A stretch of DNA of 64,000 bases from Eledone cirrhosa (Eukaryota), in assembly GCA_964016885.1 (NCBI GenBank), contig OZ024748.1, positions 35,278,001 to 35,342,000 of the forward strand. The letters run 5' to 3'. Every line of letters begins with the position of its first letter. Positions within the stretch are counted from its first letter, which is position 1. The position numbers were made by a program, and so were the translations under genes. Below, one piece after another: positions 42,901 to 56,018 of the stretch. The notes below the pieces were generated by a model, which was given only the letters and a program-made list of their open reading frames with translations, was not told where the DNA came from and did not search any database.

Positions 42901-45900
42901 ACTCTACACCCCAGTCTAGGTCGTATAACTCAGTTGTGGGAGGGAGTGATAGACTCTATACGCAGTCTAGGTGGTATATCTCAGCTGTGGTAGGGTGTGG
43001 TAAACCGTACACCCTAGTCTAGGTTATAGATCTAAGATGTGGTAGGGAGTGGCAGACTCTACACCCCAGTCTAGGTGGTATATCTCAGCTGTGGTAGGGA
43101 GTGGTAGACTCTACTCCCCAGTCTAGGTGGTATATCTCAGCTCTGGTAGGGAATGACAGACTCTACACCCCAGTCTAGGGGGTATAACTCAATTGTGGGA
43201 GGGAGTGATAGACTCTATACGCAGTCTAGGTGGTATATCTCCGCTGTGGTAGGGAGTGACAGATTCTACACCCCTGTCTCGGTGGTATATCTCAGCTGTG
43301 GTATGGAGTGATAGACTCTACACCCAGTCTAGATGGTATATCTCAGCTGTGGTAGGGTGTGGTAGACTCTACAGCCTAGTCTAGGTGGTAGATCTCAGAT
43401 GTGGTAGGGAGTGATAGACTCTACACCCAGTCTAGATGGTATATCTTACATGTGGTAGGGAGTGAAAAACTCTACACCCCAGTCTAGGTGGTATACCTCA
43501 CTGTGGTAGGGAGTGACAGACTCTAAACCCCAGTTTAGGTGGTATATCTCAGCTGTGGTAGAGTGTGATAGACCCTACACCCTAGTCTAGGTGGTAGATC
43601 TCAGATGTGGTAGGGAGTGACAGACTCTACACCCCAGTCTAGATGGTATATCTCAGCTGTGGTAGGGAGTGGTAGACTCTACTCCCCAGTCTAGGTGGTA
43701 TATCTCAGCTCTGGTAGGGAGTGACAGACTCTAAACCCCAGTCTAGGTGGTATATCTCCGCTGTGGTAGGGAATGACAGACTCTACACCCCAGTCTAGGG
43801 GATATAACTCAATTGTGGGAGGGAGTGATAGACTCTATACGCAGTCTAGGTGGTATATCTCCGCTGTGGTAGGGAGTGACAGATTCTACACCCCAGTCTC
43901 GGTGGTATATCTCAGCTGTGGTACGGAGTGATAGACTCTACACCCAGTCTAGATGGTATATCTCAGCTGTGGTAGGGTGTGGTAGACTCTACACCCTAGT
44001 CTAGGTGGTATATCTCAGCTGTGGTAGTGAGTGACAGACTCTACACCCCAGTCTAGGTGGTATATCTCAGCTGTGGCAGGGAGTGATAGACTCTACACCC
44101 AGTCTAGATGGTATATCTCAGCTGTGGTAGGGTGTGGTAGACTCTACACCCTAGTCTAGGTGGTATATCTCAGCTGTGGTAGTGAGTGACAGACTCTACA
44201 CCCCAGTCTAGGTGGTATATCTCAGCTCTGGTAGGGAGTGACAGACTTTACACCCCAGTCTATGTGGTATATTACAGCTGTGGTAGGGAGTGGTAGACTC
44301 TACACCCCAGTCTAGGTGGTATATCTTACATGTGGTAGGGTGTGACAAGCTCTACACCCCTGTCTAGGTGGTATATCTCAGCTGTGTTAGGGAGTGGTAT
44401 ACTCTACACCCCAGTCTAGGTGTTATACCTCAGCTGTTATAGGGAGTGACAGACACTACTTCCCAGTCTAGGTGGTATATCTAAACTGGGAGTGGCAGAC
44501 TCTACACCCCATTCTAGGTGGTATATCTCCTCTGTGGTAGGGAATGATAGACTCTACATCCCATTCTAGGTGTTATATCTCAGCTGTGGTAGGGAGTGAC
44601 AGACCCTACACCACAGTCTAGGTGGTATATCTCAGCTGTGGTAGTGAGTGACAGACTCTACACCCCAGTCTAGATGGTATATCTCAGCTATGGTTGGTTG
44701 TTGTAGACTCTACAACCTAGTCTAGATGGTAGATCTCAGATGTGGTAGGGAGTGATAGACTCTACACCCAGTCTAGATGGTATATCTTACATGTGGTAGG
44801 GAGTGAAAAACTCTACACCCCAGTCTAGGTGGTATACCTCACTGTGGTAGGGAGTGACAGACTCTAAACCCCAGTCTAGGTGGTATATCTCAGCTGTGGT
44901 AGAGTGTGATAGACCCTACACCCTAGTCTAGGTGGTAGATCTCAGATGTGGTAGGGAGTAACAGACTCTACACCCCAGTCTAGATGGTATATCTCAGCTG
45001 TGGTAGGGAGTGGTAGACTCTACTCCCCAGTCTAGGTGGTATATCTCAGCTCTGGTAGGGAGTGACAGACTCTACACCCCAGTCTAGGTGGTATATCTCC
45101 GCTGTGGTAGGGAATGACAGATTCTACACCCCAGTCTAGGTGGTATATCTCAGATGTGGTAGGGAGTGACAGACACTACTTCCCAGTCTAGGTGGTATAT
45201 CTCAGCTGGAAGTGGCAGACTCTACACCCCAGTCTAGGTGGTATACCTTAGCTGTGGTAGGGAGTGACAGACTCTAAACCCCAGTCTAGGTGGTATATAT
45301 CAGCTGTGGTAGGGAGTGGTAGACTCTACACCCCAGTCTAGGTGTTATACCTCAGCTGTGGTAGGGAGTGACAGACACTACTTCCCAGTCTAGGTGGTAT
45401 ATCTCAGCTGGAAGTGGCAGACTCTACACCCCAGTCTAGGTGGTATACCTTAGCTGTGGTAGGGAGTGACAGACTCTAAACCCCAGTCTAGGTGGTATAT
45501 ATCAGCTGTAATAGGGTGTGATAGACTCTACACCCCAGTCTAGGTGGTATATATCAGCTGAGGTAGGGTTTGGTAGAGTCTACCCCCTAGTCTATGTTTT
45601 AGATCTCAGATGTGTTAGGGAGTGATAGACTCTACACCCCAGTCTAGGTAGTATAACTCAGTTGTGGGAGGGAGTGATAGACTCTATACGCAGTCTATGT
45701 GGTATATCTCAGCTGTGGTAGGGTGTGGTAAACCGTACACACTAGTCTAGGTTGTAGATCTAAGATGTGGTAGGGAGTGGCAGACTCTACACCCCAGTCT
45801 AGGTGGTATATCTCAGCTGTGGTAGGGAGTGGTAGACTCTACTCCCCAGTCTAGGTGGTATATCTCAGCTGTGGTAGGGTGTGGTAGACTCTACACCCTA

Positions 45901-48900
45901 GTCTAGGGGGTATAACTCAGTTGTGGGAGGGAGTGATAGACTCTATACGCAGTCTAGGTGGTATATCTCCGCTGTGGTAGGCTGTGATAGACTCTACACC
46001 CAGTCTAGATGGTATATCTCAGCTGTGGTAGGGTGTGGTAGACTCTACACCCTAGTCTAGGTGGTAGTTCTCAGATGTGGTAGGGAGAGACAAACTCTCC
46101 ACCCCAGTCTAGGTGGTATATCTTACATGTGGTAGGGTGTGACAAACTCTACACCCCATTCTAGGTGGTCTATCTCAGCTGTGGTAGGGAGTGACAGACT
46201 TTACACCACAGTCTATGTGGTATATCACAGCTGTGGAAGGGAGTGGTAGACTCAACACCCCAGTCTAGGTGGTATATTTAAGCTGTGGTAGGGAGTGATA
46301 GACTCTACACTCCAGTCTAGGTGGTATATCTCAGCTGTGTGAGGGAGTGACAGACTTTACACCCCAGTCTATGTGGTATATCACAGCTGTGGAAGGGAGT
46401 GCTATACTCTACACCCCATTCTAGGTGGTATATCTCAGCTGTGGTAGGGAGTGGTAGACTCTACTCCCCAGTCTAGGTGGTAGATCTCAGATGTGGTAGG
46501 GAATGACAGACTCTACACCCCAGTCTAGGGGGTATAACTCAGTTGTGGGAGGGAGTGATAGACTCTATACGCAGTCTAGGTGGTATATCTCCGCTGTGGT
46601 AGGGAGTGACAGATTCTACACCCCAGTCTCGGTGGTATATCTCAGCTGTGGTACGGAGTGATAGACTCTACACCCAGTCTAGATGGTATATCTCAGCTGT
46701 GGTAGGGTGTGGTAGACTCTACACCCTAGTCTCGGTGGTAGATCTCAGATTTGGTAGGGAGTGACAGACTCTACACCCCAGTCTAGGTGGTATATCTTAC
46801 ATGTGGTAGGGAGTGACAGACTCTACACCCCAATCTAGGTGGTATATCTTACATGTGGTAGGGTGTGACAAACTCTACACCCCAGTCTAGGTGGTATATC
46901 TTACATGTGGTAGGGTGTGACAACCTCTACACCCCAGTCTAGGTGGTATATCTCAGCTGTGGTAGTGAGTGACAGACTCTACACCCCAGTCTAGGTGGTA
47001 TATCTCAGCTGTGGTAGGGAGTGATAGACTCTACACTCAGTCTAGATAGTATATCTCAGCTGTGGTAGGGTGTGGTAGACTCTACACCCTAGTCTAGGTG
47101 GTATATCTCAGCTCTGGTAAGGAGTGACAGACTCTACACCCAAGTTTAGGTGGTATATCTTACATCTGATAGGGAGTGACAAACTCTAAACCACAGTCTA
47201 GGTGGTATATCCGAGCTGTAGGAGGGTGTCAAAAACTCTCCAGCCCAGTCTATGTGGTATATCACAGCTGTGGTAGGGAGTGGTAGACTCTACACCCCAG
47301 TCTAGGTGTTATACCTCAGCTGTGATAGGGAGTGACAGACACTACTTCCCAGTCTAGGTGGTATATCTAAACTGGGAGTGGCAGACTCTACACCCCAGTC
47401 TAGATGGTATATCTCAGCTGTGGTTGGTTGTGGTAGACTCTACACCCTAGTCTAGGTGGTAGATCTTAGATGTGGTAGGGAGTGACAGACTCTACACCCC
47501 AGTCTAGGTGGTATATCTTACATGTGGTAGGGTGTGACAAATTCTACACCCCATTCTAGGTGGTATATCTCAGCCGTGGTAGGGAGTGACAGACTTTACA
47601 CTCCAGTCTAGGTGGTATATCTCAGCTGTGGTAGGGAGTGACAGACTTTACACCCCAGTCTATGTGGTATATCACAGCTGGGGTAGGGAGTGGTAGACTC
47701 TACACCCCAGTCTAGGTAGTGTATTTTACATGCGGTAGGGTGTGACAACCTCTACACCCCTATCTAGGTGGTATATCTCAGCTGTGGTAGGGAGTGGTAG
47801 ACTATACACCCCAGTCTAGGTGTTATACCTCAGCTGTGGTAGGGAGTGACAGACTATACACCCCAGTCTAGGTGGTATATCTCAGCTAGAAGTGGCAAAC
47901 TCTACACCCCAGTCTAGGTGGTATATCTCAGCTGTGGTAGAGTGTGGTAGACTCTACACCCTAGTCTAGGTGGTAGATCTCAGATGTGGTAGGGAGTGAC
48001 AGACTCTACACCCCAGTCTAGGTGGTATATCTCAGCTGTGGTAGGGAGTGACAAACTCTACACCCAAGTCTGGGTGGTATATCTCAGCTGTGGTAGGGAG
48101 TGACAGACTTTACACCACAGTCTATGTGGTATATCACAGCTGTGGAAGGGAGTGGTAGACTCTACACCCAATCCTAGGTGGTATATTTAAGCTGGGGTAG
48201 TGAGTGATAGACTCTACACTCCAGTCTAGGTGGTATATCTCAGCTGTGGGAGGGAGTGACAGACTTTACACCCCAGTCTAGGTGGTATATTCTACATGTG
48301 GTAGGGTGTGACAACTTCTACACCCCTGTCTAGGTGGTATATATCAGCTGTGGTAGGGAGTGACAGATACTACTTCCCAGTCTAGGTGGTATATCTCAGC
48401 TGGAAGTGGCAGACTCTACACCACAGTCTAGATGGTATACCTCAGCTGTGGTAGGGAGTGACAGACTCTAAACCCCAGTCTAGGTGGTATATCTCAGCTG
48501 TGGTAGGGTGTGATAGACTCTACACCCCAGTGTAGGTGGTATATCTCAGCTGAGGTAGGGTCTACCCCCTAGTCTATGTTTTAGATCTCAGATGTGTTAG
48601 GGAGTGATAGACTCTACACCCCAGTCTAGGTCGTATAACTCAGTTGTGGGAGGGAGTGATAGACTCTATACGCAGTCTAGGTGGTATATCTCAGCTGTGG
48701 TAGGGTGTGGTAAACCGTACACCCTAGTCTAGGTTATAGATCTAAGATGTGGTAGGGAGTGGCAGACTCTACACCCCAGTCTAGGTGGTATATCTCAGCT
48801 GTGGTAGGGAGTGGTAGACTCTACTCCCCAGTCTAGGTGGTATATCTCAGCTCTGGTAGGGAATGACAGACTCTACACCCCAGTCTAGGGGGTATAACTC

Positions 48901-51689
48901 AATTGTGGGAGGGAGTGATAGACTCTATACGCAGTCTAGGTGGTATATCTCCGCTGTGGTAGGGAGTGACAGATTCTACACCCCTGTCTCGGTGGTATAT
49001 CTCAGCTGTGGTACGGAGTGATAGACTCTACACCCAGTCTAGATGGTATATCTCAGCTGTGGTAGGGTGTGGTAGACTCTACAGCCTAGTCTAGGTGGTA
49101 GATCTCAGATGTGGTAGGGAGTGATAGACTCTACACCCAGTCTAGATGGTATATCTTACATGTGGTAGGGAGTGAAAAACTCTACACCCCAGTCTAGGTG
49201 GTATACCTCACTGTGGTAGGGAGTGACAGACTCTAAACCCCAGTTTAGGTGGTATATCTCAGCTGTGGTAGAGTGTGATAGACCCTACACCCTAGTCTAG
49301 GTGGTAGATCTCAGATGTGGTAGGGAGTGACAGACTCTACACCCCAGTCTAGATGGTATATCTCAGCTGTGGTAGGGAGTGGTAGACTCTACTCCCCAGT
49401 CTAGGTGGTATATCTCAGCTCTGGTAGGGAGTGACAGACTCTAAACCCCAGTCTAGGTGGTATATCTCCGCTGTGGTAGGGAATGACAGACTCTACACCC
49501 CAGTCTAGGGGATATAACTCAATTGTGGGAGGGAGTGATAGACTCTATACGCAGTCTAGGTGGTATATCTCCGCTGTGGTAGGGAGTGACAGATTCTACA
49601 CCCCAGTCTCGGTGGTATATCTCAGCTGTGGTACGGAGTGATAGACTCTACACCCAGTCTAGATGGTATATCTCAGCTGTGGTAGGGTGTGGTAGACTCT
49701 ACACCCTAGTCTAGGTGGTATATCTCAGCTGTGGTAGTGAGTGACAGACTCTACACCCCAGTCTAGGTGGTATATCTCAGCTGTGGCAGGGAGTGATAGA
49801 CTCTACACCCAGTCTAGATGGTATATCTCAGCTGTGGTAGGGTGTGGTAGACTCTACACCCTAGTCTAGGTGGTATATCTCAGCTGTGGTAGTGAGTGAC
49901 AGACTCTACACCCCAGTCTAGGTGGTATATCTCAGCTCTGGTAGGGAGTGACAGACTTTACACCCCAGTCTATGTGGTATATTACAGCTGTGGTAGGGAG
50001 TGGTAGACTCTACACCCCAGTCTAGGTGGTATATCTTACATGTGGTAGGGTGTGACAACCTCTACACCCCTGTCTAGGTGGTATATCTCAGCTGTGTTAG
50101 GGAGTGGTATACTCTACACCCCAGTCTAGGTGTTATACCTCAGCTGTTATAGGGAGTGACAGACACTACTTCCCAGTCTAGGTGGTATATCTAAACTGGG
50201 AGTGGCAGACTCTACACCCCATTCTAGGTGGTATATCTCCTCTGTGGTAGGGAATGATAGACTCTACATCCCAGTCTAGGTGTTATATCTCAGCTGTGGT
50301 AGGGAGTGACAGACCCTACACCACAGTCTAGGTGGTATATCTCAGCTGTGGTAGTGAGTGACAGACTCTACACCCCAGTCTAGATGGTATATCTCAGCTA
50401 TGGTTGGTTGTTGTAGACTCTACAACCTAGTCTAGGTGGTAGATCTCAGATGTGGTAGGGAGTGATAGACTCTACACCCAGTCTAGATGGTATATCTTAC
50501 ATGTGGTAGGGAGTGAAAAACTCTACACCCCAGTCTAGGTGGTATACCTCACTGTGGTAGGGAGTGACAGACTCTAAACCCCAGTCTAGGTGGTATATCT
50601 CAGCCGTGGTAGAGTGTGATAGACCCTCCACCCTAGTCTAGGTGGTAGATCTCAGATGTGGTAGGGAGTAACAGACTCTACACCCCAGTCTAGATGGTAT
50701 ATCTCAGCTGTGGTAGGGAGTGGTAGACTCTACTCCCCAGTCTAGGTGGTATATCTCAGCTCTGGTAGGGAGTGACAGACTCTACACCCCAGTCTAGGTG
50801 GTATATCTCCGCTGTGGTAGGGAATGACAGATTCTACACCCCAGTCTAGGTGGTATATCTCAGATGTGGTAGGGAGTGATAGACTCTACACCCAGTCTAG
50901 ATGGTATATCTCAGCTGGAAGTGGCAGACTCTACACCCCAGTCTAGGTGGTATACCTCAGCTGTGGTAGGGAGTGACAGACTCTAAACCCCAGTCTAGGT
51001 GGTATATATCAGCTGTGGTAGGGAGTGGAAGACTCTACACCCCAGTCTAGGTGTTATACCTCAGCTGTGGTAGGGAGTGACAGACACTACTTCCCAGTCT
51101 AGGTGGTATATCTCAGCTGGAAGTGGCAGACTCTACACCCCAGTCCAAGTGGTATACCTTAGCTGTGGTAGGGAGTGACAGACTCTAAACCCCAGTCTAG
51201 GTGGTATATATCAGCTGTAATAGCGTGTGATAGACTCTACACCCCAGTCTAGGTGGTATATATCAGCTGAGGTAGGGTGTGGTAGAGTCTACCCCCTAGT
51301 CTATGTTTTAGATCTCAGATGTGTTAGGGAGTGATAGACTCTACACCCCAGTCTAGGTAGTATAACTCAGTTGTGGGAGGGAGTGATAGACTCTATACGC
51401 AGTCTATGTGGTATATCTCAGCTGTGGTAGGGTGTGGTAAACCGTACACACTAGTCTAGGTTGTAGATCTAAGATGTGGTAGGGAGTGGCAGACTCTACA
51501 CCCCAGTTTTTGGTGGTATATCTCAGCTGTGGTAGGGAGTGGTAGACTCTACTCCCCAGTCTAGGTGGTATATCTCAGCTGTGGTAGGGTGTGGTAGACT
51601 CTACACCCTAGTCTAGGGGGTATAACTCAGTTGTGGGAGGGAGTGATAGACTCTATACGCAGTCTAGGTGGTATATCTCCGCTGTGGTA
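34464..51689. repeat. Three tandem higher-order units of 5,806, 5,710 and 5,710 bp
   Basis: GGCTGTGATAG at 34464/40270/45980; TCAACACCC at 34736/40542/46252; AAAACTCTCC at 35716/41522/47232. A truncated fourth copy starts at ~25,930. Confidence 0.9.
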
Positions 51690-54036
51690 GGGAGTGACAG
51701 ACTCTACACCCCAGTCTAGGTGGTATATCTCCGCTGTGGTAGGGAATGACAGATTCTACACCCCAGTCTAGGTGGTATATCTCAGCTGTGGTAGGGTGTG
51801 GTAGACTCTACACCCTAGTCTCTGTGGTAGATCTCAGATGTGGTAGGGAGTGACAGACTCTACACCCCAGTCTAGGTGGTATATCTCAGCTGTGGTAGTG
51901 AGTGACAGACTCTACACCCCAGTCTAGGTGGTATATCTTACATGTGGTAGGGAGTGACAGACTCTACACCCCAGTCTAGGTGGTATATCTTACATGTGGT
52001 AGGGTGTGACAACCTCTACACCCCAGTCTAGGTGGTATATCTCAGCTGTGGTAGTGAGTGACAGACTCTACACCCCAGTCTAGGTGGTATATCTTACATG
52101 TGGTAGGGAGTGACAGACTCTACACCCCAGTCTAGGTGGTATATCTTACATGTGGTAGGGTGTGACAAACTCTACACTCCAGTCTAGGTGGTATATCCCA
52201 GCTGTGGTAGGGTGTGAAAAACTCTACACCCCAGTCTAGGTGGTATATCTCAGCTCTGGTAGGGAGTGACAGACTTTACACCCCAGTCTATGTGGTATAT
52301 CACAGCTGTGGTAGGGAGTGGTAGACTCTACACCCCAGTCTAGGTGGTATATTTTACATGTGGTAGGGTGTGACAACCTCTACACCCCTGTCTAGGTGGT
52401 ATATCTCAGCTGTGTTAGGGAGTGGTAGACTCTACACTCCAGTCTAGGTGTTATACCTCAGCTGTGATAGGGAGTGACAGACACTACTTCCCAGTCTAGG
52501 TGGTATATCTAAACTGGGAGTGGCAGACTCTACACCCCATTCTAGGTGGTATATCTCCTCTGTGGTAGGGAGTGACAGACTCTACACCCCAGTCTAGGTG
52601 GTATATCTTACATGTGGTAGGGTGTGACAGACTCTACACCCCAGTCTAGGTGGTATATCTTACATGTGGTAGGGAGTGAAAAACTCTACACCCCAGTCTA
52701 GGTGGTATACCTCACTGTGGTAGGGAGTGACAGACTCTAAACCCCAGTCTAGGTGGTATATCTCAGCTGTGGTAGGGTGTGATAGACCCTACACCCTAGT
52801 CTAGGTGGTAGATCTCAGATGTGGTAGGGAGTGACATACTCTACACCCCAGTCTAGGTGGTATATCTCAGCTGTGGTAGGGAGTGGTAGACTCTACTCCC
52901 CAGTCTAGGTGGTATATCTCAGCTCTGGTAGGGACTGACAGACTCTACACCCCAGTCTAGGTGGTATATCTCCGCTGTGGTAGGGAATGACAGACTCTAC
53001 ACCCCAGTCTAGGTGGTATATCTCAGATGTGGTAGGGAGTGATAGACTCTACACCCAGTCTAGATGGTATATCTCAGCTGTGGTAGGGTGTGGTAGACTA
53101 TACACCCTATTCTAGGTGGTAGATCTCAGATGTGGTAGGGAGTGACAGTCTCTACACCCCAGTCTAGGTGGTATATCTTACATGTGGTAGGGAGTGACAG
53201 ACTCTACACCCCAGTCTAGGTCGTATATCTTACATGTGGTAGGGTGTGACAAACTCTACACCCCAGTCTAGATGGTATATCTTACATATGGTAGGGAGTG
53301 ACAAACTCTACACCCCAGTCTAGGTGGTATATCTTACATGTGGTAGGGTGTGACAAACTCTACACTCCAGTCTAGGTGGTATATCTCAGCTGTGGTATGG
53401 AGTGACAGAGTCTCTACCCCAGTCTAGGTGGTATATTTCAGCTGTGGTAGGAAGTGACAGACTCTACATCCCACTCTAGGTGGTATACCTCAGCTGTGGT
53501 AGGGAGTGAGAGACTCTACATCCCAATCTAGGTGGTATATCTCAGCTGTGGGAGGGAGTGACAGACTCTACACCGCAGTCTAGGTGGTATACCTCAGCTG
53601 TGGTAGGGAGTGAAACACTCTGCACCCCAGTCTAGGTGGTATATCTCAGCTGTGGTAGAGAGTGACAGACTCTACACCATATTCTAGGTGGTATATCTCA
53701 GCTGTGGTAGACTCTACATCCCAGTCTAGGTGGTATATCTCCGCTGTGGTAATGAAGTGACAGACTCTACACCCCACTCTAGATGGTATACCACAGCTGT
53801 GGTAGTGAGTGATAGCCTCTACACCCACTCTAGGTGTTATATCTTGGCCGTGGTAGGGAGTGGTAGACTCTATACCCCATTCCAGATGTTATATCTCAGC
53901 TGTGACAAACACTACACCCCTCCTTCTGCCTAGACAGCGAGTATCAGCTGCGCCCTTCAAACAAACAGACAAAAAAAGGACCTGCGACATCCAGTGCATA
54001 ACCTTTTCGACTTCACATGACTCCTTACTCAAGTTG

Positions 54037-54416
54037 GAGGGTCACGGTAGGAACGCTTCTGAAAAAAGTAGTTGGATGATCATGACTGGAACATTTAAAA
54101 CAAGTAGTTGTATGGCCACGGTAGAACATCGTTAAATGATGGCTCGATGGTTACAGTTGGAACGCCGCTAAAAATATGAATTGCCACAGCTGGAACGCCG
54201 CTAAAAATATGTATGGTGACGGTTGGAACGCCATTAAAAGTATGTATAATCACAGTTAGAGTTGATTATTCTGAGTGTGTGGCCATGACTGGAGTGTCGT
54301 TAGTTTATAGGATGGAAGGTCGTGGCTGGTCCACTGATAATGTTATGGGTGGATGGCCATGGCTGGAGCACCGTTTATTTTGAGGATGGATGATCACTGT
54401 TAGAGCGCTGTTAATT
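54037..54416. repeat. Degenerate 33-38-bp minisatellite (~11 copies), core approximately ATGGYCACRGYTGGAACGCCGYTAA
   Basis: The two best copies, GTTACAGTTGGAACGCCGCTAAAAATATG and GCCACAGCTGGAACGCCGCTAAAAATATG, are flanked by progressively diverged copies. Confidence 0.75.
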
Positions 54417-54459
54417 CCCATTGATCAATAATAACACATATCTCGATCGGTTGTTGTTC

Positions 54460-54826
54460 AAATAAATAAACAAACAAATAAATATAGAAACAAATAAATA
54501 AATAAACAAATTAACAAATAAATAAATATCTTTCATGGGAGAGAACTCTATTATCAAGAGAGGGCATTATATCAAATATAATCATGGGTTGTGTCCCTTT
54601 GCAATTTCTTTCACTCACGCACACAGAAACAAACACAGAAGCCTACATACATATACACACATACACAAACATACACAAACACACAAACAGGCACACTCAC
54701 ACACACACAGGCGCACCCATATAGGCACACACAGAGATAGACACACACACACAAAGGCATTCACACATCTACATACACAGACATACACAAACACATTCAC
54801 CCCCCCCCCCCCCACCCACACACACA
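54460..54826. repeat. (TAAA/CAAA)n run followed by a degenerate (CA)n-rich tract
   Basis: AAATAAATAAACAAAC... at 54,460-54,527 and ACACAC/ATACAC repeats at ~54,612-54,826. Confidence 0.85.
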
Positions 54827-55587
54827 TATCTACACTGATGGTAAATCTATATAGACACTTGACTCGTTAGAAATAACAGCTTAATTTCCCTCAAATTACA
54901 CCCTGCCTTACCAGCAATAGGGTTTTAACCCTTCCATGTAGACTGGTTCTTTCAACACACCCACTTCGCCATTATTCCAGCTGGAGTATTGGCTATTTTG
55001 TCCACCAGGACCATAACATATCTCCATGGCGTATTGTAATTTCATTTGTTCAGTGAAATCACCAAATGAAAATATATCCTTTTAAAGAATTCAGCAAGGG
55101 GGTCTTAAACTTGAGTTTATTGAAGATGTTTTAATTAATAAGACGGAGTCACCCACATCTTTTACATCCCACTTACGAAAGATAAAACTCACTATAACGT
55201 ATCTCCATTTGACTCACTATTAATTTTAATTGCAGAGTTCCCTCCCTTGCCTTCTTTAACAATAATTGTCATTAAGTCGTGTGATTTTATTTGATCATAA
55301 CAGGTGTATTTTCAACTGATTAAGCACTATATTATTTGTCTCAGTACATTAAGTATATCAGGCTACATTCAGTATATTTTAATTATATCCAAACAAGTCT
55401 ATAATTAGAATTAACAAGTTGTTTTCTTCAAAGATTCCAGGCGTATAAAGATCAAATAAATAAATAAATAAATGTGACAAATTAAATAAATAAATAAAAC
55501 ATATTACAAAACATCAACTTAAACTCAAGTATGTGTTCATAATAGCGTTAACATTTTTCAGTGTATATAGAAATATGACAACACCTG

Positions 55588-55694
<107 letters not shown>

Positions 55695-55770
55695 GCACAC
55701 ATAACACATATAAATGCATGCATACATACATCACACACATACATCATCAATTCATACATACATCATACAT

Positions 55771-55956
55771 GGTGGCTGTCAACTCGTTTTCGAGTACGGC
55801 CACTACTTTATATCCATGTAGGAGAACCCCTACCGATGCGCTGAACGAGTGTGACTTTTTAGTCCAGCCAGCGACTTGAAAACTCTGGTACAAACACTAC
55901 ACTTGTGACAATTATTGACACATAGTGCTGGGCCCATGGTACCATGTGACGACAAG
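55771..55956 (-). mobile_element. 5'-truncated non-LTR retrotransposon 3' end (RTE-like) with terminal C2H2 zinc finger
   Basis: Minus-strand frame ends ...CSVCTRVFKSLAGLKSHTRSAHR* (C-x2-C-x12-H-x4-H). A short 3' UTR has the stem-loop GTGGC..CTCG-AAAA-CGAG..GCCAC, followed by an (ATGT)n-like tail. Confidence 0.6.
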
Positions 55957-56018
55957 TAAATTATAAATACATACATACATACATCATACATACATACATA
56001 GACATCCATGTACATAAT

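Larger units (their letters stand above)
1..53920. repeat. 52-bp tandem satellite array (runs off the left edge of the window)
   Basis: Continuous head-to-tail monomer GTCTAGGTGGTATATCTCAGCTGTGGTAGGGAGTGACAGACTCTACACCCCA, with 51-, 46- and 42-bp deletion variants. All copies read are in one orientation. The last degenerate copy ends ...GACAAACACTACACCCC at ~53,920. Confidence 0.99.

Noticed and set aside
1-53920. CRISPR array interpretation of the regular repeat
   Set aside because: The whole 52-bp unit repeats with no unique spacers, there are no cas genes or leader, and the context is eukaryotic.
1-53920. Hammerhead-containing satellite (newt/schistosome type) or coding tandem repeat
   Set aside because: No CTGANGA...GAAA core on either strand of the consensus. 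The 52-bp unit is not a multiple of 3 and the ORF track shows no long frame.
53646-54135. Three short ORFs at the array edge
   Set aside because: Translations of degenerate satellite and junction DNA with no recognisable domain.
54037-54416. Mini-CRISPR-like core plus spacer pattern
   Set aside because: The cores are highly degenerate, and the linkers are short and related to one another.
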